From assembly GCA_038087875.1 (NCBI GenBank), contig CM075988.1, forward strand, positions 21,888,001-21,952,000: a stretch of 64,000 nucleotides of DNA. The letters run 5' to 3'. Position numbers and translations under genes: made by a program. The notes below the pieces were generated by a model, which made no database searches, had not been told where the DNA came from, and saw only the letters and a list, made by a program, of their open reading frames with translations. Source of the DNA: Malacoraja senta (Eukaryota). Below, one piece after another: positions 11,400 through 25,564 of this stretch. Positions within the stretch are counted from its first letter, which is position 1, and each line of letters opens with the position of its first letter.

Positions 11400-14069
11400 C
11401 CGCTGAGTTACTCCAGCTTTTTGTGTCTATCTCTGTTAAATATATTCAGTGACGAGAGGGCATAGCTTTAAGGTGAGAGGGGCCACGTTTAAAGGAGATG
11501 TGAGGGGCAATTTTTTTACACAGAAGTTGTTTAGGTGCCTTGAATACGCTACCAGGGAAAGTGGAGAAAGCAGATACAACAACAGGTAGGTTGCTAAATC
11601 TGCTGAATTTTATATTTAGTTTCGAGACACAGCGAGTCCACGGAGACCTGCAATCCCTGCACACTAACACAATCCTACACACAGATACATCGATACATAG
11701 ACAATAGGTGCAGGAGTAGACCATTCGGCCCTTCGAGCCAGCACCGCCATTCAATGTGATCACGGCTGATCATCCACAATCGGTACCCCGTACCTGCCTT
11801 CTACCCATATTCCATTACGGACAATTTACATTTATACCAAGACAATTAACCTACAAACCTGCAGTCTTTGTAGTGTGAGAGTGTGGGAAGATCTCAGAAA
11901 GCCCAGGCGGGTCACGGGGAGAACGTACAAACTTCGTACAGACAGCACTCGTGCTCAGCATCGACCCCGGGTCTCTAGCGCTGTAAGGCAGCAGCTCTAC
12001 CGCTGCGCCACCGTGCCCTTTCACCAGATTCCCTCTCACCTTTGGTATTGGAATGGACATTGGTTTATTATCGTCAGGTGTTCAATACGGAGTAACAAAA
12101 TGCATTTGCCTGCTATCTAGTCAAATCATACTACACATGAGTACAACCAAGACTGTGCACATTGGTGCAAGGGTGACGCAGTGGCGCTGCGGTAGAGCTG
12201 CTGCCTCACAGCACCAGAGACCCAGGTTCGATCCTGACTACAGATGCTGTCTGTGCGGAGTTTCCACATTCTCCACGTGACATAGAACGAGTGTATTAGC
12301 GATCGATGGTCAGCATGGACTGAGTGGGCCAAATGGCCTGTTTCCATGCTGCATCTCTAAACTAAAATAGACCAGGTAGGCAAAGAGAGCAGAATATAAT
12401 GGTAACAGCATTAGAGTGATAAAGATACAAAGAAAGTCCAGATTTTAAAAAGTGCAAGACCCACAATGATCAGGATTGCACCTCACTTCATGGGAGGCCC
12501 GTTCAGTAGTTTGATAACAGCGGGGAAGAAGCTCTTTTGAACTCTAGTGAATACAGACCTAAATGATTCGTCTCCGGGATCAGTCCGGTGAATATTCCCT
12601 CCACTCCTTACACTGAGCCCTTGGACAATTGTATATAAGACATCCAATCGCTGAAAGGTAAAGGGACAAAGTGTTGCGATTTGTGTCGTTTTTTTTTGCC
12701 AGAACGATGTCTGGATTAAAGAGTATTAGCTACAAGGAGAGGTTAGACAGACTTGCATTGTTTTTTCTGGAATGCAGAAGGTTGAGGGAGAATCCATCTC
12801 TCCAGAGATGCTGCCTGTCCCGTGTGAGTTACTCCAGCACTTTGTGTCTATCTTAAACCAGCATTTGCAGTTCTTTCCTATACAGAGTGTAGGCTAGGCT
12901 TGTTTCCCCTGGAGGTTGAGGGTGAACTGTTAGAGATAAATAGATATGTAAGGCATAGATAGTGGATGGTCAAGGTATAAAAAATTGTATGGGTCAGGTT
13001 TAACGTGAGAGGAAGGAGCTTTTTTTTTACACACAGGAGGTGTGTAAGGTTCAGGTGAAGGGGAAGAGATTTAATAGGAATCTGAGGGGTAACTTTTTCA
13101 CGCAAAGGGTGGTGGGTGTATGGAACGAGCTGCCAGAGGAGGTAGTTGAGGCAGGGGCTATCCCAATGTTTAAGAAACAGTTAGACTGGTTCTTGGATAG
13201 GACAGGTTTGGAGGGTTATGGACCAAATGCGGGCAGGTGGGACTAGTGTAGCTGGACATGATGGCCATTGTGGGCAAGTTGGGCAGAAGGGCCTGTTTCC
13301 ACACTGTATCACTCTATCTATGACTCCATAACAGGATGTAGCTAACATCTGGAACGTGCTGCCAGAGATGGTGGTGGAACAGATATAACCTGAGTTCAAA
13401 CCCGCTCATGGCTGATGGTGGAATTGGTTGTTAGTCGGTAATTTAGAACAACAAAATCGGCTTTGGAAAACTGAATGTTGCAACCACGTGGAAAGTATGA
13501 AAACTATGCTCCAACCTGCTTAGTCATTGTGGTGGTGTAACTAGTGTGGAGAATGTCATTTCCTCCACTGTCCTAACAGCTTTGTTTATTAATCCTCAGT
13601 ACAACATCCGCAAATGTGGCAAAAATATCAGGCAAAGATTCGACCAGGAGAAAGCTCAATTTGTCTTAGCTAAATGTGAATCGGTCGTCTAGTTGAGTTT
13701 AGTTTAGTTTAGAGATGCAGCGTAAAAACAGGCCCTTCAGCCCACTGAGTCCACACCAACCAGCGATCACCCCATATACATGTTCCATCCTATACACTAG
13801 GGACAATTTACAGAAGCCAATTAACCTATGAACCTGCACGTCTTTGGAGGGTGGAAGGAGGAAACTGGAGCAGCCAGAGAAAACCCACGTGGTCAAAGGT
13901 TTCAAAGGTCTGTTTATTGTCGTGTGTATCAATTAAGGAACAGTGAAATATAGGGAGAACTGTGTACAGACAGCACCCGTATTCAGGCATTAACCCAGGT
14001 CTCTGGTGCTACAAGGCAGCAACTCTACCGCTGCACCACCCTGCCGCCCCTGTGCCACTGTATTGACCG

Positions 14070-15035
14070 TTTAGATGAAGGGATTCAAAGCAACATGAGC
14101 AAATTTGCTGATGACACAAAGCTGGGTGGCAGTGTGAACTGTGAGGAGGATGCTATGAGAATGCAGGGTGGTTTGGACAGGTTGGGTGAGTGGGCAGATG
14201 CATGGCAGGTGCAGTTTAATGTGGATAAATGTGAGGTTATCCACTTTGGTAGCAAAAACAGGAAGGCGGATTACTATCTAAATGGTGTCAAGTTGGGGAA
14301 GGGGAAGGGGAAGTACAACGGGATCTGGGGGTCCTTGTTCATCAATGAAAGTAAGCATGCAGGTACAGCAGGCAGTGAATGAAGCGAATGGCATGTTGGC
14401 GTTTATAACAAGAGGAGTTGAGTATAGGAGCAAAGAGGTCCTTCTGCAGTTGTACAGAGCCCTAGTGAGACTACACCTGGAGTATTGTGTGCAGTTTTGG
14501 TCCCCTAATTTGAGGAAGGACATTCTTGCTATTGAGGGAGTGGAGCGTAGGTTGACAAGGTTAATTCCCGGGATGGCGGGACTGTCATATGCTGAGAGAA
14601 TGAAGTGGCTGGGCTTGTATACTCTGGAATTTAGAAAGATAAGAGGGGATCTTATTGAAACATATAAGATTATTAAGGGTTTGGACACACTAGAGGCAGG
14701 AAACATGTTCCCGATGTTGGGGGAGCCCAAAACCAGGGGCCACAGTTTAAGAATAAGGAGTAAGCCATTTAGAACGGAGACGAGGAAACACTTTTTTCTC
14801 ACAGAATGTTGTGAATCTGTGGAATTCTCTGCCTCAGAGGGCGGTGGAGGCCGGTTCTCTGGATACTTTCATGAGAGAGCTAGCTAGGGCTCTTAAAGAT
14901 AGTGGGGTCAGGAGATATGGGGAGAAGGCAGGAACGGGGTACTGATTGAGGATGATCAGCCATGACCACATTGAATGGCGGTGCTGGCTCGAAGGGCCGA
15001 ATGGCCTACTCCTGCACCTATTGTCTATTGTCAAA
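14070..15035 (+). mobile_element. CR1/HER1 LINE 3' fragment
   Basis: SKFADDTKLGG..RPHLEYCVQFWSP-type motifs, followed by the CR1 3' UTR and a (tctattg) tail. Confidence 0.9.
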
Positions 15036-16067
15036 GTAAAATAATCCTGTGAAAACAAAAAAATCAAAAATCAAAAAAAAAGGAGCAGTCTTAGACAATC
15101 CTCAGAGATCCGAAGATAGACACAAAAAGCTTGAGTAACCCAGCGGGTCAGACAGTATCTCTGGAGAACATGGATAGGTGACGTTTCGGGTCCAGACCTT
15201 CCATCGGACTGATTGTTCGGGAGTGGGGGGAAGACATGAAGTTAGACAGTGCAAGGTTGCGGGCAGTGAGAAACAAAGACTAGGTACAAGGTGCCATTTT
15301 ATGTTCCCTAAAGGACACAAGTAACGAACTTAAAGAACCAGAGCTTTCTTGAGATGAAACTAAGGTTAGTGACTGACATCATCATCACACTAACTGGGCG
15401 GCATGTTGGCGCAGTGGACGAGTTACTACCTGACAGTGCCAGAGACCCGGGTTCGATGCTGATTACGGGTGCTGTCTGTACGGAGTTTCTACGTTCTCCC
15501 CGTGACCCGCGTGGGTTTCCTCCCGCATTCCAAAGACATATAGGGTTTTTAGGTTAATTGGCTTGGTGTAAATGTAAAATTGTCCCTAATGTGTGTAGTG
15601 CAGTGGTATTGTGCGGGGATCGCTGATCGGTGCGGACTCGGTAGGCCGATGGACCTGTTTCCACGAGGTATCTCTAAAAAAACCTAAATAATGGTCCATA
15701 CCGAACCCACCTTAACCTTGAAGTAAAGCACTCACTGTGGCACAAGTGCCTGATGTACTTATTGCAATGAAATCCAAAGTTTGTCTTGACTTTCCTGGAA
15801 GCTGAATCCTCCCTTCATTAAATGGCAGCTTTAGCCTTTCCTGGGCCAGATCAACAGTGAACAATGCACTGGGTGTGAGTCTCACTTAGATGGCATTGCC
15901 CTGAGGGTTATAAACATAGAACATATTTTCATGTTGCTAACTGCCTTAGTTACCAGCTGAACATCCTTTTGAACATTTCTATTGCTCTACACTGGGTTAC
16001 TCATTCCTGACACTCTACTGCAAGTGGCATTTTTCCTTGACTGGTTCCGATCTCACCTGCCATATGA

Positions 16068-17465
16068 CTCAAGTCAAGTCAAGTCACATTTATTTATATA
16101 GCACATTTAAAAAACAACTCTCGTTGGCCAAAGTGCTTTACATTTGTTATAAGAATAGTGTAAACAAACAAACTACATACATATATACATATAGCCCTCG
16201 CTCAGAGGACGTCAAGAAAGGCTTGGGAGTATAGATACGTTTTTAGTCTAGACTTAAAGGAGTCGATGGAGGGGGCAGTTCTGATGGGAAGGGGGATGCT
16301 GTTCCACAGTCTAGGAGCTGCAACCGCAAAGGCGCGGTCGCCTCTGAGCTTATGCCTAGACTGCGGGATATTCAGCAACCCCAAGTCGGCCGATCTGAGG
16401 GACCTGGAGGTGGAGTGGTGGGTGAGAAGACTTTTAATGTAGGTGGGGGCAAGCCCATTGAGGGCTTTGTAGACATAGAGGAGGATCTTTAAATGTATAC
16501 GGAACCGCACAGGGAGCCAGTGGAGAGAGGCCAGGATCGGGGTGATGTGGTCCCTTTTTCGGGTGCCCGTCAGGAGTCTCGCTGCGGTGTTTTGGACCAG
16601 TTGCAGGCGGGACAGGGAAGATTGACTGATGCCAGTGTAAAGGGAGTTGCAGTAATCTAGGCGGGAGGAGATAAATGTGTGGATGATCTTTTCGAGGTCA
16701 TCAAAGTGGAGGAATTGTTTTATTTTAGCTATCGTCCGAAGCTGAAAGAAGCTAGCTTTTACCACGGCATTGACTTGTTTGTCAAATTTCAGTGCTGAGT
16801 CAAATATCGCGCCAAGGTTGTTGACGTGAGGTTTGAGTAGTGGGGTAAGGCTTCCAAGGCTGCCTGCTATCATTTTGATTGCGTCCGAGGGGCCGAGAAG
16901 GATGCCCTCAGACTTACTCACGTTTAGTTGGAGGAAGTTCTGGGCCATCCAACACTTTATATCCTCGAGGCAGTGGGTAAGGTTAAGCAGATTTGATTGT
17001 TTTTTGGGCTTCAGGGGGAGATAGAGTTGTGTATCGTCTGCGTAGCAATGGAAGGAAATGCCGTGCCTTTCAATGACTTGGCCTAAGGGGAGCATATACA
17101 GGGAGAAGAGAATGGGGCCAAGGATGGAACCTTGTGGAACCCCACAGCAGAGATTAGCTGGGGAGGAGAAAGAGTTGCCTATGTTAGTCGAGAAACTCCT
17201 ACCTTTGAGGTAGGAGATGAACCAGCTCAGGGCAGTGCCATCAATACCAACCCCATACCGGAGACGGTCAATTAGGATGGTGTGGTCGACAGTATCAAAT
17301 GCTGCGCTGAGGTCAAGAAGGAGCAGGATTGCACAGTCGCCGGAGTCAACGGTGAGCAGTAGGTCATTATGTACCTTCAACAAGGCAGACTCTGTGCTGT
17401 GGTGAGCCCTGAAACCTGATTGGAAAGTTTCCAAGATAGTGTTTTGGTGAAGGTAAGGCATAAGT
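16068..17465 (-). mobile_element. L2-clade LINE, 5'-truncated, with an open 419-aa RT fragment
   Basis: QSGFR..STESAL, LDLSAAFDTVDH, GVPQGSILGP, YADDTQLY and LHWLP motifs, with a (gactt)n tail. Shorter copy at about 30460-30915. Confidence 0.88.
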
Positions 17466-18654
17466 TGATTTAAAATTACCTTTTCAAGGGCTTTTTCAGA
17501 ATTTGGAATCTAAAACTGAATTTGGAATCTAAAACCTCAGTTTCCCCTGTCCCCTGCGGCTTGGAGGTGCAGCGGTAGAGTTGCTGCCTCACAGCACCGG
17601 AGTCCCAGGTTCGATCCTGACCACCTACGAACTCCGTAATAGTCTGTACGGAGTTTGTACGTTCTCCCCGTGACCGCGTGGGTTTTCTCCGGGTGCTCCG
17701 GTTTCCTCCCACACTCCAAAATTTACAGGTTTGTAGGTTAATTGGCTTCGGGAAAGATTGTAAATTGTCCTTAGTGTGTAGGATAGTGCTAGTGTCCGGG
17801 GTGATCGCTGGTCGGCGCGGAATCAGTGGACGGACGGTCTGAAGAAGGGCTCCAATCCAAAACGTTACCCATCGATGTTCTCCAGAGATGCTGCCTAAAC
17901 CGATGAGTTATTCCAGCACTTTGTGTCTTTTCTTTTGTAAACCAGCATCTGCAGTTCCATTTACTGAAATAGTTTGGTTTTAGGGTTCATGCCTGCTTTT
18001 CTGACCAGACTGAAACACGTGTGGGTTGGTAGGTTAGGTGGCCACTGAAAATGACTCCTGTTGGTAAAATTAGTTGAGAATGTGGAGGGAACGGGTTGGA
18101 AGGAAAATTAGTGGGTTGGAGGATTGTCACAAAAAGCTGGAGTGACTCAGCGGGACAGGCGGCATCTTTGGAGAGAAGGAATGGGTGACGTTTCGGGTCG
18201 AGACCCTTCCTCAGGCTGAGAGTCAGCGGAGGGGGAGATATAGTGTGAGGTGTAAGAATGATGCATCAAAGGGGGTGGAGATGAAGGAAAATGTAGAATA
18301 GATCGTTGTTAGCTAGGAGCAGGTAACAACAAAGCAGAGATAACAGAGGTCAGGGACAGTGTGACTGGTGGGAGAACTGGGGAAGGGAAAGGGATGGAGA
18401 GAGAGGGAAGGCAAGGGTTTCTTCAAGTTAGAGAAGTCAATATTCATACCACTGGGTTGTAAGCTGCCCAAAGGAAATATGAGATGCTGTTCCTCCAATT
18501 TGCGCTGGGCCTCACTCTGACAATGGAGGAGCCCCAGGTCAGTGTGTGAATGGGAAGTGTTTGGTATAGAAACAGCCCTTTCAGCCCAGCAAGTCCATGC
18601 CAACCTGGCCATTGCTATGTTCACATTAGTTCTGCGTTAGTTTACATTAGTTTT

Positions 18655-20895
18655 AATCTGCAATTTGAGAAGGAGAAGGTTAAAACGGATGTGGCAGTGA
18701 TGCAGCTGAACAAAGGGGACTATGAAGGCATGAGAGAGGAGCTGGCCAAGGTAGACTGGAAAGGGATCCTAGCAGGAATGACAGTGGAACAGCAATGGCA
18801 GGAATTTCTGGGCATAATCCGGAAGACACAGGATCATTTCATTCCGAAAAGGAAGAAAGATTCTAAGGGGAGTAGGAGGCAACCGTGGCTGACAAGAGAA
18901 GTTAGGGATAGAATAAAACTAAAAGAAAAGATGTATAACATAGCAAAGAGTAGCCAGAGGATTGGGAAACTTTCATAGTACAACAGAAGGAAACAAAACG
19001 GGCAATACGGGCTGAAAAGATGAAGTACGAAGGGAAGCAGGCCAGGAATATAAAGAAGGACAGTAAAAGCTTCTTTAGATATGTTAAGGGAAAAAGAGTA
19101 GCAAAGTCAAATGTGGGTCCCTTGAAGGCAGACATGGGTGAAATTATTATGGGGAACAAGGAAATGGCAGAAGAGTTGAACAGATACTTCGGAACTGTCT
19201 TCACTAAGGAAGACACAAACAATCTCCCAGAAGTACTGGAGGACAGAGGATCTAAGGGGGTCGAGGAACTGAAAGAAATTTTCATTAGGCGAGAAATAGT
19301 ATTGGGTAGGCTAACGGGACTGAAGGATGATAAATCCCCGGGGCCTGATGGACTGCATCCCAGGGTCCTCGGGGAGGTGGCTCTAGAAATAGTGGTGATC
19401 ATTTTTCCAATGTTCAATAGATTCAGGATCAGTTCCTGTGGATTGGAGGGAAGCTAATGTTATCCCACTTTTCAAGAAAGGAGCGAGAGAGAAAACAAGG
19501 AATTACAGACCAGTTAGCCTAACTTGGGAAAGATGCTGGGGTCAATTATTAAAGAGGTAATAATGGGGCATTTGGATAGCAATAAAAGGATTAGTCCAAG
19601 TCAACATGGATTTATGAAAGGGAAATCATGCTTGACTAATCTTCTGGAATTTTGTGAGTATGTGACAAGTAAAATGGATGAAGGGGAGCCAGTGGATGTA
19701 GTGAATCTAGACTTTCAGAAAGCCTTTGATAAGATCCCGCACGGGAGACTGGTGACTAAAATTAGAGCACATGGTATTGAGGGTAGGGTGTTGACGTGGA
19801 TAGAAAATTGGTTGGCAGACAGGAAGCAAAGAGTAGGAGTGAACGGGTCCTTTTCAGAATGGCAGGCAGTGGCGAGTGGAGTGCCGCAAGGCTCGGTGTT
19901 GGGGCCGCAACTGTTTACCATATATATTATTGATTTGGAAGAGGGAATTAGGAGCAACACTAGCAAGTTTGAGGATGACACAAAGCTGGGTGGCAGTGTG
20001 AACTGTGAAGAGGATGTTAGGAGGTTGTGGGGTGACCTGGACAGGTTGAGTGAGTGGGCAGATGCGTGGCAGATGCAGTATAATATAGATAAATGTGAGG
20101 TTATCCACTTTGGTGGCAAAACAAGGGGGCATATTATTATCTCAATGGGGTTAGGTTAGGTAAGGGGGAGGTGCAGCGAGACCTGGGTGTCCTTGTACAC
20201 CGGTCACTGAAAGTTGGCGTGCAGGTACAGCAGGCAGTGAAGAAAGCTAATGGAATGTTGGCCTTCATAACAAGAGGATTTCAGTATAGGAGTAGAGAGG
20301 TTCTTCTGCAGTTGTATAGGGCTCTGGTAAGACCACATCTGGAGTATTGCGTATAGTTTTGGTCTCCTAATTTGAGGAAGGACATCCTTGTGATTGAGGC
20401 AGTGCAGCTTAGGTTCACGAGATTGATCCCTGGGATGGCGCGACTGTCATATGAGGAAAGATTGAAAAGACTAGGCTTGTATTCACTGGAGTTTAGAAGG
20501 ATGAGGGGGGATCTTATAGAAACATATAAAATTATAAAAGGACTGGACAAGCTAGATGCAGGAAAAATGTTCCCAATGTTGGGCGAGTCCAGAACCAGGG
20601 GCCACAGTCTTAGAATAAAGGGGAGGCCATTTAAGATTGAGGTGAGAAAAAACCTTTTCACCCAGAGAGTTGTGAATTTGTGGAATTCCCTGCCACAGAG
20701 GGCAGTGGAGGCCAAATCACTGGATGGATTTAAGAGAGTTAGATTGAACTCTAGGGGCTAGTGGAATCAAGGGATATGGGGAGAAGACAGCCACGGGTTA
20801 TTGATAGGGGACGATCAGCCATGTTCGCAATGAATGGCTCGAAGGGCCGAATGGCCTCCTCCTGCACCTATTTTCTATGTTTCTATGTTTCTATG
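18655..20895 (+). mobile_element. CR1/HER1 LINE, 5'-truncated and frameshifted
   Basis: KSPGPDGLHPRVL, QHGF..GKSCLTNL, DFQKAFD and GVPQGSVLGP spread over several frames, with a (ttctatgt) tail. Confidence 0.9.
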
Positions 20896-22416
20896 TTATC
20901 CCACTTTCTCATCCATTCTCCACACACAAAGAGCAAGATACAGAGGGCAAATTAACCTACAAACCCACACGTCCTTGGGATGTGGGAGGAAACCGGATCA
21001 CTCGGGGAAAATCCGGATGGTCACAGGGTTATAGAAACCAAGTGCAGGAGTAACTCTGTGGATTGGGCAGCAACTCTGGGGAAAAAAAGGATAGGATGAC
21101 GTTTCGGGTCGGGACCCTTCTTCAGATGAGTTTTGAGGCTCTCAGGGGGAACGTGCAAACTTCACACAGACAGCACCCGAGGTCAGGATCGAACCTGGGT
21201 CCCTAACGTGGTGAGGCAGCGGCTCTACCCGCTGTGCCACTGTGCCAATCAGCCCAGTAACGTTGACCTTCATAAGTGATAGGAGAATAATTCGGCCGTT
21301 CGGCCCATTGAGTCTACGCCATTCAATCATGGCTGATCTACCTCTCCCTCCTAACCCTATTCCCTAACCTTCTCCCTATAACCCCTGACACCCGTACTAA
21401 TCAAGACCTCCTCTGCTGGGCACTCTTCCGAAATGGAATTAATTGCCTTCTTCTAAGAACGCTTTTTAATCAACGACGGATGGTGATATTGAATGCTTCA
21501 TCTGTTTACTCCCTGACCATTAGCAGAGTGGAAAGTCCTGAACATGAAGACTAGAGTTGTTGGGTTCAACCTTTCAGCAGCCGTTGACCTTGCTATTCAA
21601 ATACTGGAGACGTTTCTGTTCTGAACAGCGCATACTGTGGACACATGATACCCGCATGATCAACACCTGACGTGACAGGTCGTTTGGTTTCTGGAAACAG
21701 GACACCAGACAACAACCCATTGTTCCTCTTGCCTCCAGCTCCAAAGAGCTTACAGTGCATAACTGATGGGTTAAAATGGGAGGCCAAAGCCAGTGAGTTG
21801 ATGTTGGTGGTTGCTAATTATACCCATAACCAGACTAACTGCTCTGTCCAGTCTGACAGAGGAAAGAATGAGTTCCATAATCCCTTGAATCCTTGTGATG
21901 ACGAGTGATGGGGGGGGGGGGATAACAAACAGGAATGTTAAACATTCTCTTTTGTCAAGTCTGTTAAGCTCCACACCAGAAATTTCAGATTCTAGTTTCA
22001 GTCACAGAAGGTTTGATTCAAAGCAAAGTTTTGCATAAAAATATTTCTGAAACCAATTATAGAAAGGTTAAGGAAATTGACACAGGTGGGGCATAACATC
22101 ACAGGTACGAGTCTTCCATCAACATGTTACGTGACTATTCTGTGAAGACGTTCTCAGTGGTAGTTAATGCTGTGGGAGTCAGTAAATCTAGTTCTTTTGG
22201 GGAGATTTTCTATTCCGATAAACGCACATGCACATGAGTCCATTTACTGAATTAATGTTGGACCCTCATGCTAGTTTATTCCACCAGGACGTGATATCAA
22301 AATCACTTTGAACATAACTCTGTAGGAAAGAACTGCAGATGCCGGTTTAAATCGAAGCTAGACACAAAATGCTGGAGTAACTCAGTGGGACAGGCAGCAT
22401 CTCTGGAGAGAAGGAA

Positions 22417-22453
22417 TGGGTGACGTTTCGGGTCGAGACCCTTCTTCAGACTG
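22417..22453 (-). ncRNA. Minimal hammerhead-ribozyme-like motif in a Penelope-derived repeat (representative copy)
   Basis: The minus strand reads CAGU-CUGAAGA-A-GGGUC-UC-GACCC-GAAAC-GUC-ACCC, i.e. CUGANGA core, stem II, GAAA, then a GUC site. Confidence 0.55.
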
Positions 22454-22868
22454 AAGATGCTGCCTGTCCCACTGAGCATTTTATAACTACTTTGAACATA
22501 ATATGATTGAGCAGAATCCACTTGGATGGATGAAAGGGAGCTCACACTAATTCACTTTGGTGTACTTTGAGGATGCTCCTTTTATTGATTAGGGAGGCAG
22601 ACAGGTATTAGAAGATGTGGAGTGTCTGAACTTTCATCAGAGCGTTGGGTTGTGGGCCTGCAGCAGCCTGGGGTTTACCTGGGCTTCCAACATGTGGACC
22701 ATGGACTTCTGTCTCTTTGTAAACGGCACCAAAATATAGCAACAGTACATCTGCAGCTTCGTGCCAGAGAATTTGTGCTGACCATAGGTGACAATAAAGA
22801 AACAGAGAAAATAGGTACAGGAATAGGCTGTTCGGCCCTTCGAGCCAGCACCGCCATTCAATATGATC

Positions 22869-22990
22869 TTCTTCATCTTGCGTATGGCGTGCACAGTCTA
22901 AAGTCGTAGGACAACTTGTTCTATTTGATCTTATTTGATTGTGCACACCAGGTTGATAGCATTCGTCGAAACAGGTTGCAATCTCCCACC
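22869..22990 (-). mobile_element. Short retroposon (LINE 3' end or SINE) with a (GAA)n tail, nested in a CR1 tail
   Basis: 15-bp TSD ccattcaatatgatc (22854-22868 and 22991-23005). Second copy at about 28338-28474 with TSD atggggtga. Confidence 0.6.
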
Positions 22991-24319
22991 CCATTCAATA
23001 TGATCATGGCTGATCATCCAAAAATCAGTACCCCGTTCTTGCTTTCTCCCCATATCCCTTGATTCCGTTAGCCCTAAGAGCTATATCAAACTCTCTCTTG
23101 AATACATGGTTCAAGAACCATTGAACCATTGAGGTTTTCAGTGAGGTCTCACGTTGGAGAATGGTGAACATTGTGAGACGATGAGGAAATAAGGATAATA
23201 CAGGTAGTTCCGCCTTAAGGTGATAGACATGTTCAGAAGAAAGCAGGCATGATGGAAAATGTAAAACTATTGTGTAAATGCGAAAAGGGAAGTAGAGATG
23301 AGAGGGCTTCAGACTATCAATAAAAACAAAACATTTCCTGCACGATTTTCGAAACTAACATATTTTATTAACAGCTATGTTTATTTTTATTACACAAGCT
23401 TCAAAGCTATATTTACAGTGCCCTCCTTAATGTTTGGGACAAAGACCCATCATTTATTTATTTGCTTCTGTACACAATTTGCGATTTGTAAAATAAAAAA
23501 TCACATGTGGTTAAAGTGCACATTGTCAGATTTCAATAAAGGCCATTTTTAGACATTTTGGTTTCACCATGTAGAAATTACAGCAGTGTTTATACATAGT
23601 TCCCCCATTTCAGGGCACCATAATGTTTGGGACACAGCAATGTCATGTAAATGAAAGTAGGCATGTTTAGTATTTTGTTGCATATCCTTTGCATGCAATG
23701 ATTGCTTGAAGTCTGCGATTCATGGACATCACCAGTTGCTGGGTGTCTTCTCTAGTGATGCTCTGCCAGGCCTGTATTTCAGCCATCTTTAGCTTATGCT
23801 TGTTTTGGGGGCTAATCCCCTTCAATTTTCTCTTCAGCATATAAAAGGCATGCGCAATTGAGTTCAGATCGGGCGATTGACTTGGCCACTCAAGAATGTA
23901 CCATATTTTAGCTTTTAAAAACTCCTTTGTTGCTTTAGCAGTATGTTTGGGATCATTGTCTTGCTGTAGAATGAACCGACGGTCAATGAGTTTTGAGGCA
24001 TTTGTTTGAACTTGAGCAGATAGGATGTGTCTATACACTTCAGAATTTATTTTGCTACTACCATCAGCAGTTGTATGATCAATGAAGATAAGTGAGCCAG
24101 TACCTTCAGCAGCCACACATGCCCAGGCCATAACACCCCCACCAGCATGTTTCACAGATGAGGTGTTATGCTTTGGATCTTGGGCAGTTCCTTCTCTCCT
24201 CCATACTTTGCTCTTGCCATCACTCTGATATGTTAATCTTCATCTGTCCACAAGTACTTTTTCCAGAACTGTGGTTGCTCTTTTAAGTACTTCTTGGCAA
24301 ACTGTAACCTGGCCATCCT

Positions 24320-24803
24320 ATTTAGATAGATAGCCCTTTATTGTCATTCAGACCGAAGTCTGAACGAAATTGCAGCAGTCATACATAAAACAACAATAAA
24401 CACATATTAACATCCACCACAGTGAGTCCACCCAACATCTCCTCACTGTGATGGAGGCAAAAGTCTTAGGTCTGCAGTCTCTTCCCTCCTCTTCTCCCTC
24501 TGCGCTGAGGCGATACCCCCCGGGCGATGTTTCCCGCGGCTCAAACACCGGGGTGGTCGAAGCTGCCGCCCACCAGTCCTGCAGACGCAGCCGCTGTCCC
24601 GCGGCCGAACCCCGGACTCAGGCCACCACCGCCAGAACACCGTCCCAGCCACTCTCACGTGAGTACCGTGCCGTCTTCAGCCTCGGGCTGGGCCGCCCCG
24701 ACATGGGCGTCGCTTCTCCCTCGGGCCGGGCCGCCCCGACTTGGGCGTCGCTTCTCCCCCCGGCCGGGCCGCCCCGACTTGGGCGTCGCTTCTCCCTCGG
24801 GCT
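24320..24803 (-). mobile_element. GC-rich non-autonomous retroposon fragment with an internal approximately 35-bp tandem repeat, nested in Tc1
   Basis: (tatc)n tail on the minus strand, with the 3' end shared with 29065-29872. Three copies of gggccgccccgac(t/a)tgggcgtcgcttctccc at 24685-24800. Confidence 0.55.
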
Positions 24804-25564
24804 AACCAGTGATTTTTGCGGCTAACCAGTGATTTGCATGCAGTGTAGCCTCTGTATTTCTGTCCATGAAGTCTTCTGCGGACGGTGGTCATTGACAAAT
24901 CCACACCTGACTCCTGAAGAGTGTTTCTGATCTGCCAGACAGGTGTTTGGGGATTTTTCTGTATTATAGAGAGAATTCTTCTGTCATCAGCTGTGGAGGT
25001 CTTCCTTGGCCTGCCAGTCCCTTTGCTGTGGTTTATGTCTAGTTCTCGAGCAACCCGTAGACGGCAAGCAAGAGTACGAGATTTAGTTGTTGGACAAAGG
25101 TTGGGTGAGGTGGGTGGGGGGGGGGGGGGGGGGACCAGGGGCAGGTATATCTCCACTTTTTTTCTTTTTTTTCTCTCTATTATCTTTACCCACTCTTTGG
25201 CCACACTACTTTGGTGGTCTAGGGGTCCTGTCTTTTCACTTTTCACTTTTTCCTTCTCTTGTTCTTTTTCTCATCTTTTCTCTCATTTTCAGGTTAAAAG
25301 GTCAAAATTGAAGCTGTACAATAATTGTATAAGTTTACATGCCAAATGTTTTATTCTTGTACAATTGCTTCTAATAAAAATAATTTAAAAATATATATAT
25401 TTTTTTAATTTAAAAAAAAGACAGATTCGACAGATTAATTGGACAGTAAAGGAATTTAGACAACAGGCTTTGGAAGTTATAAATGGTTTGGACATAGAGT
25501 GTCCTTATCGGGAAGATCAAAGATTTCCGGAGCATGGATATTTTGTTTGTGAAGTTTTGGGTGA

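Noticed and set aside
24685..24800. Approximately 35-bp repeats superficially like a CRISPR array
   Set aside because: The repeats are head-to-tail with no unique spacers, sit inside a eukaryotic retroposon and have no cas genes.
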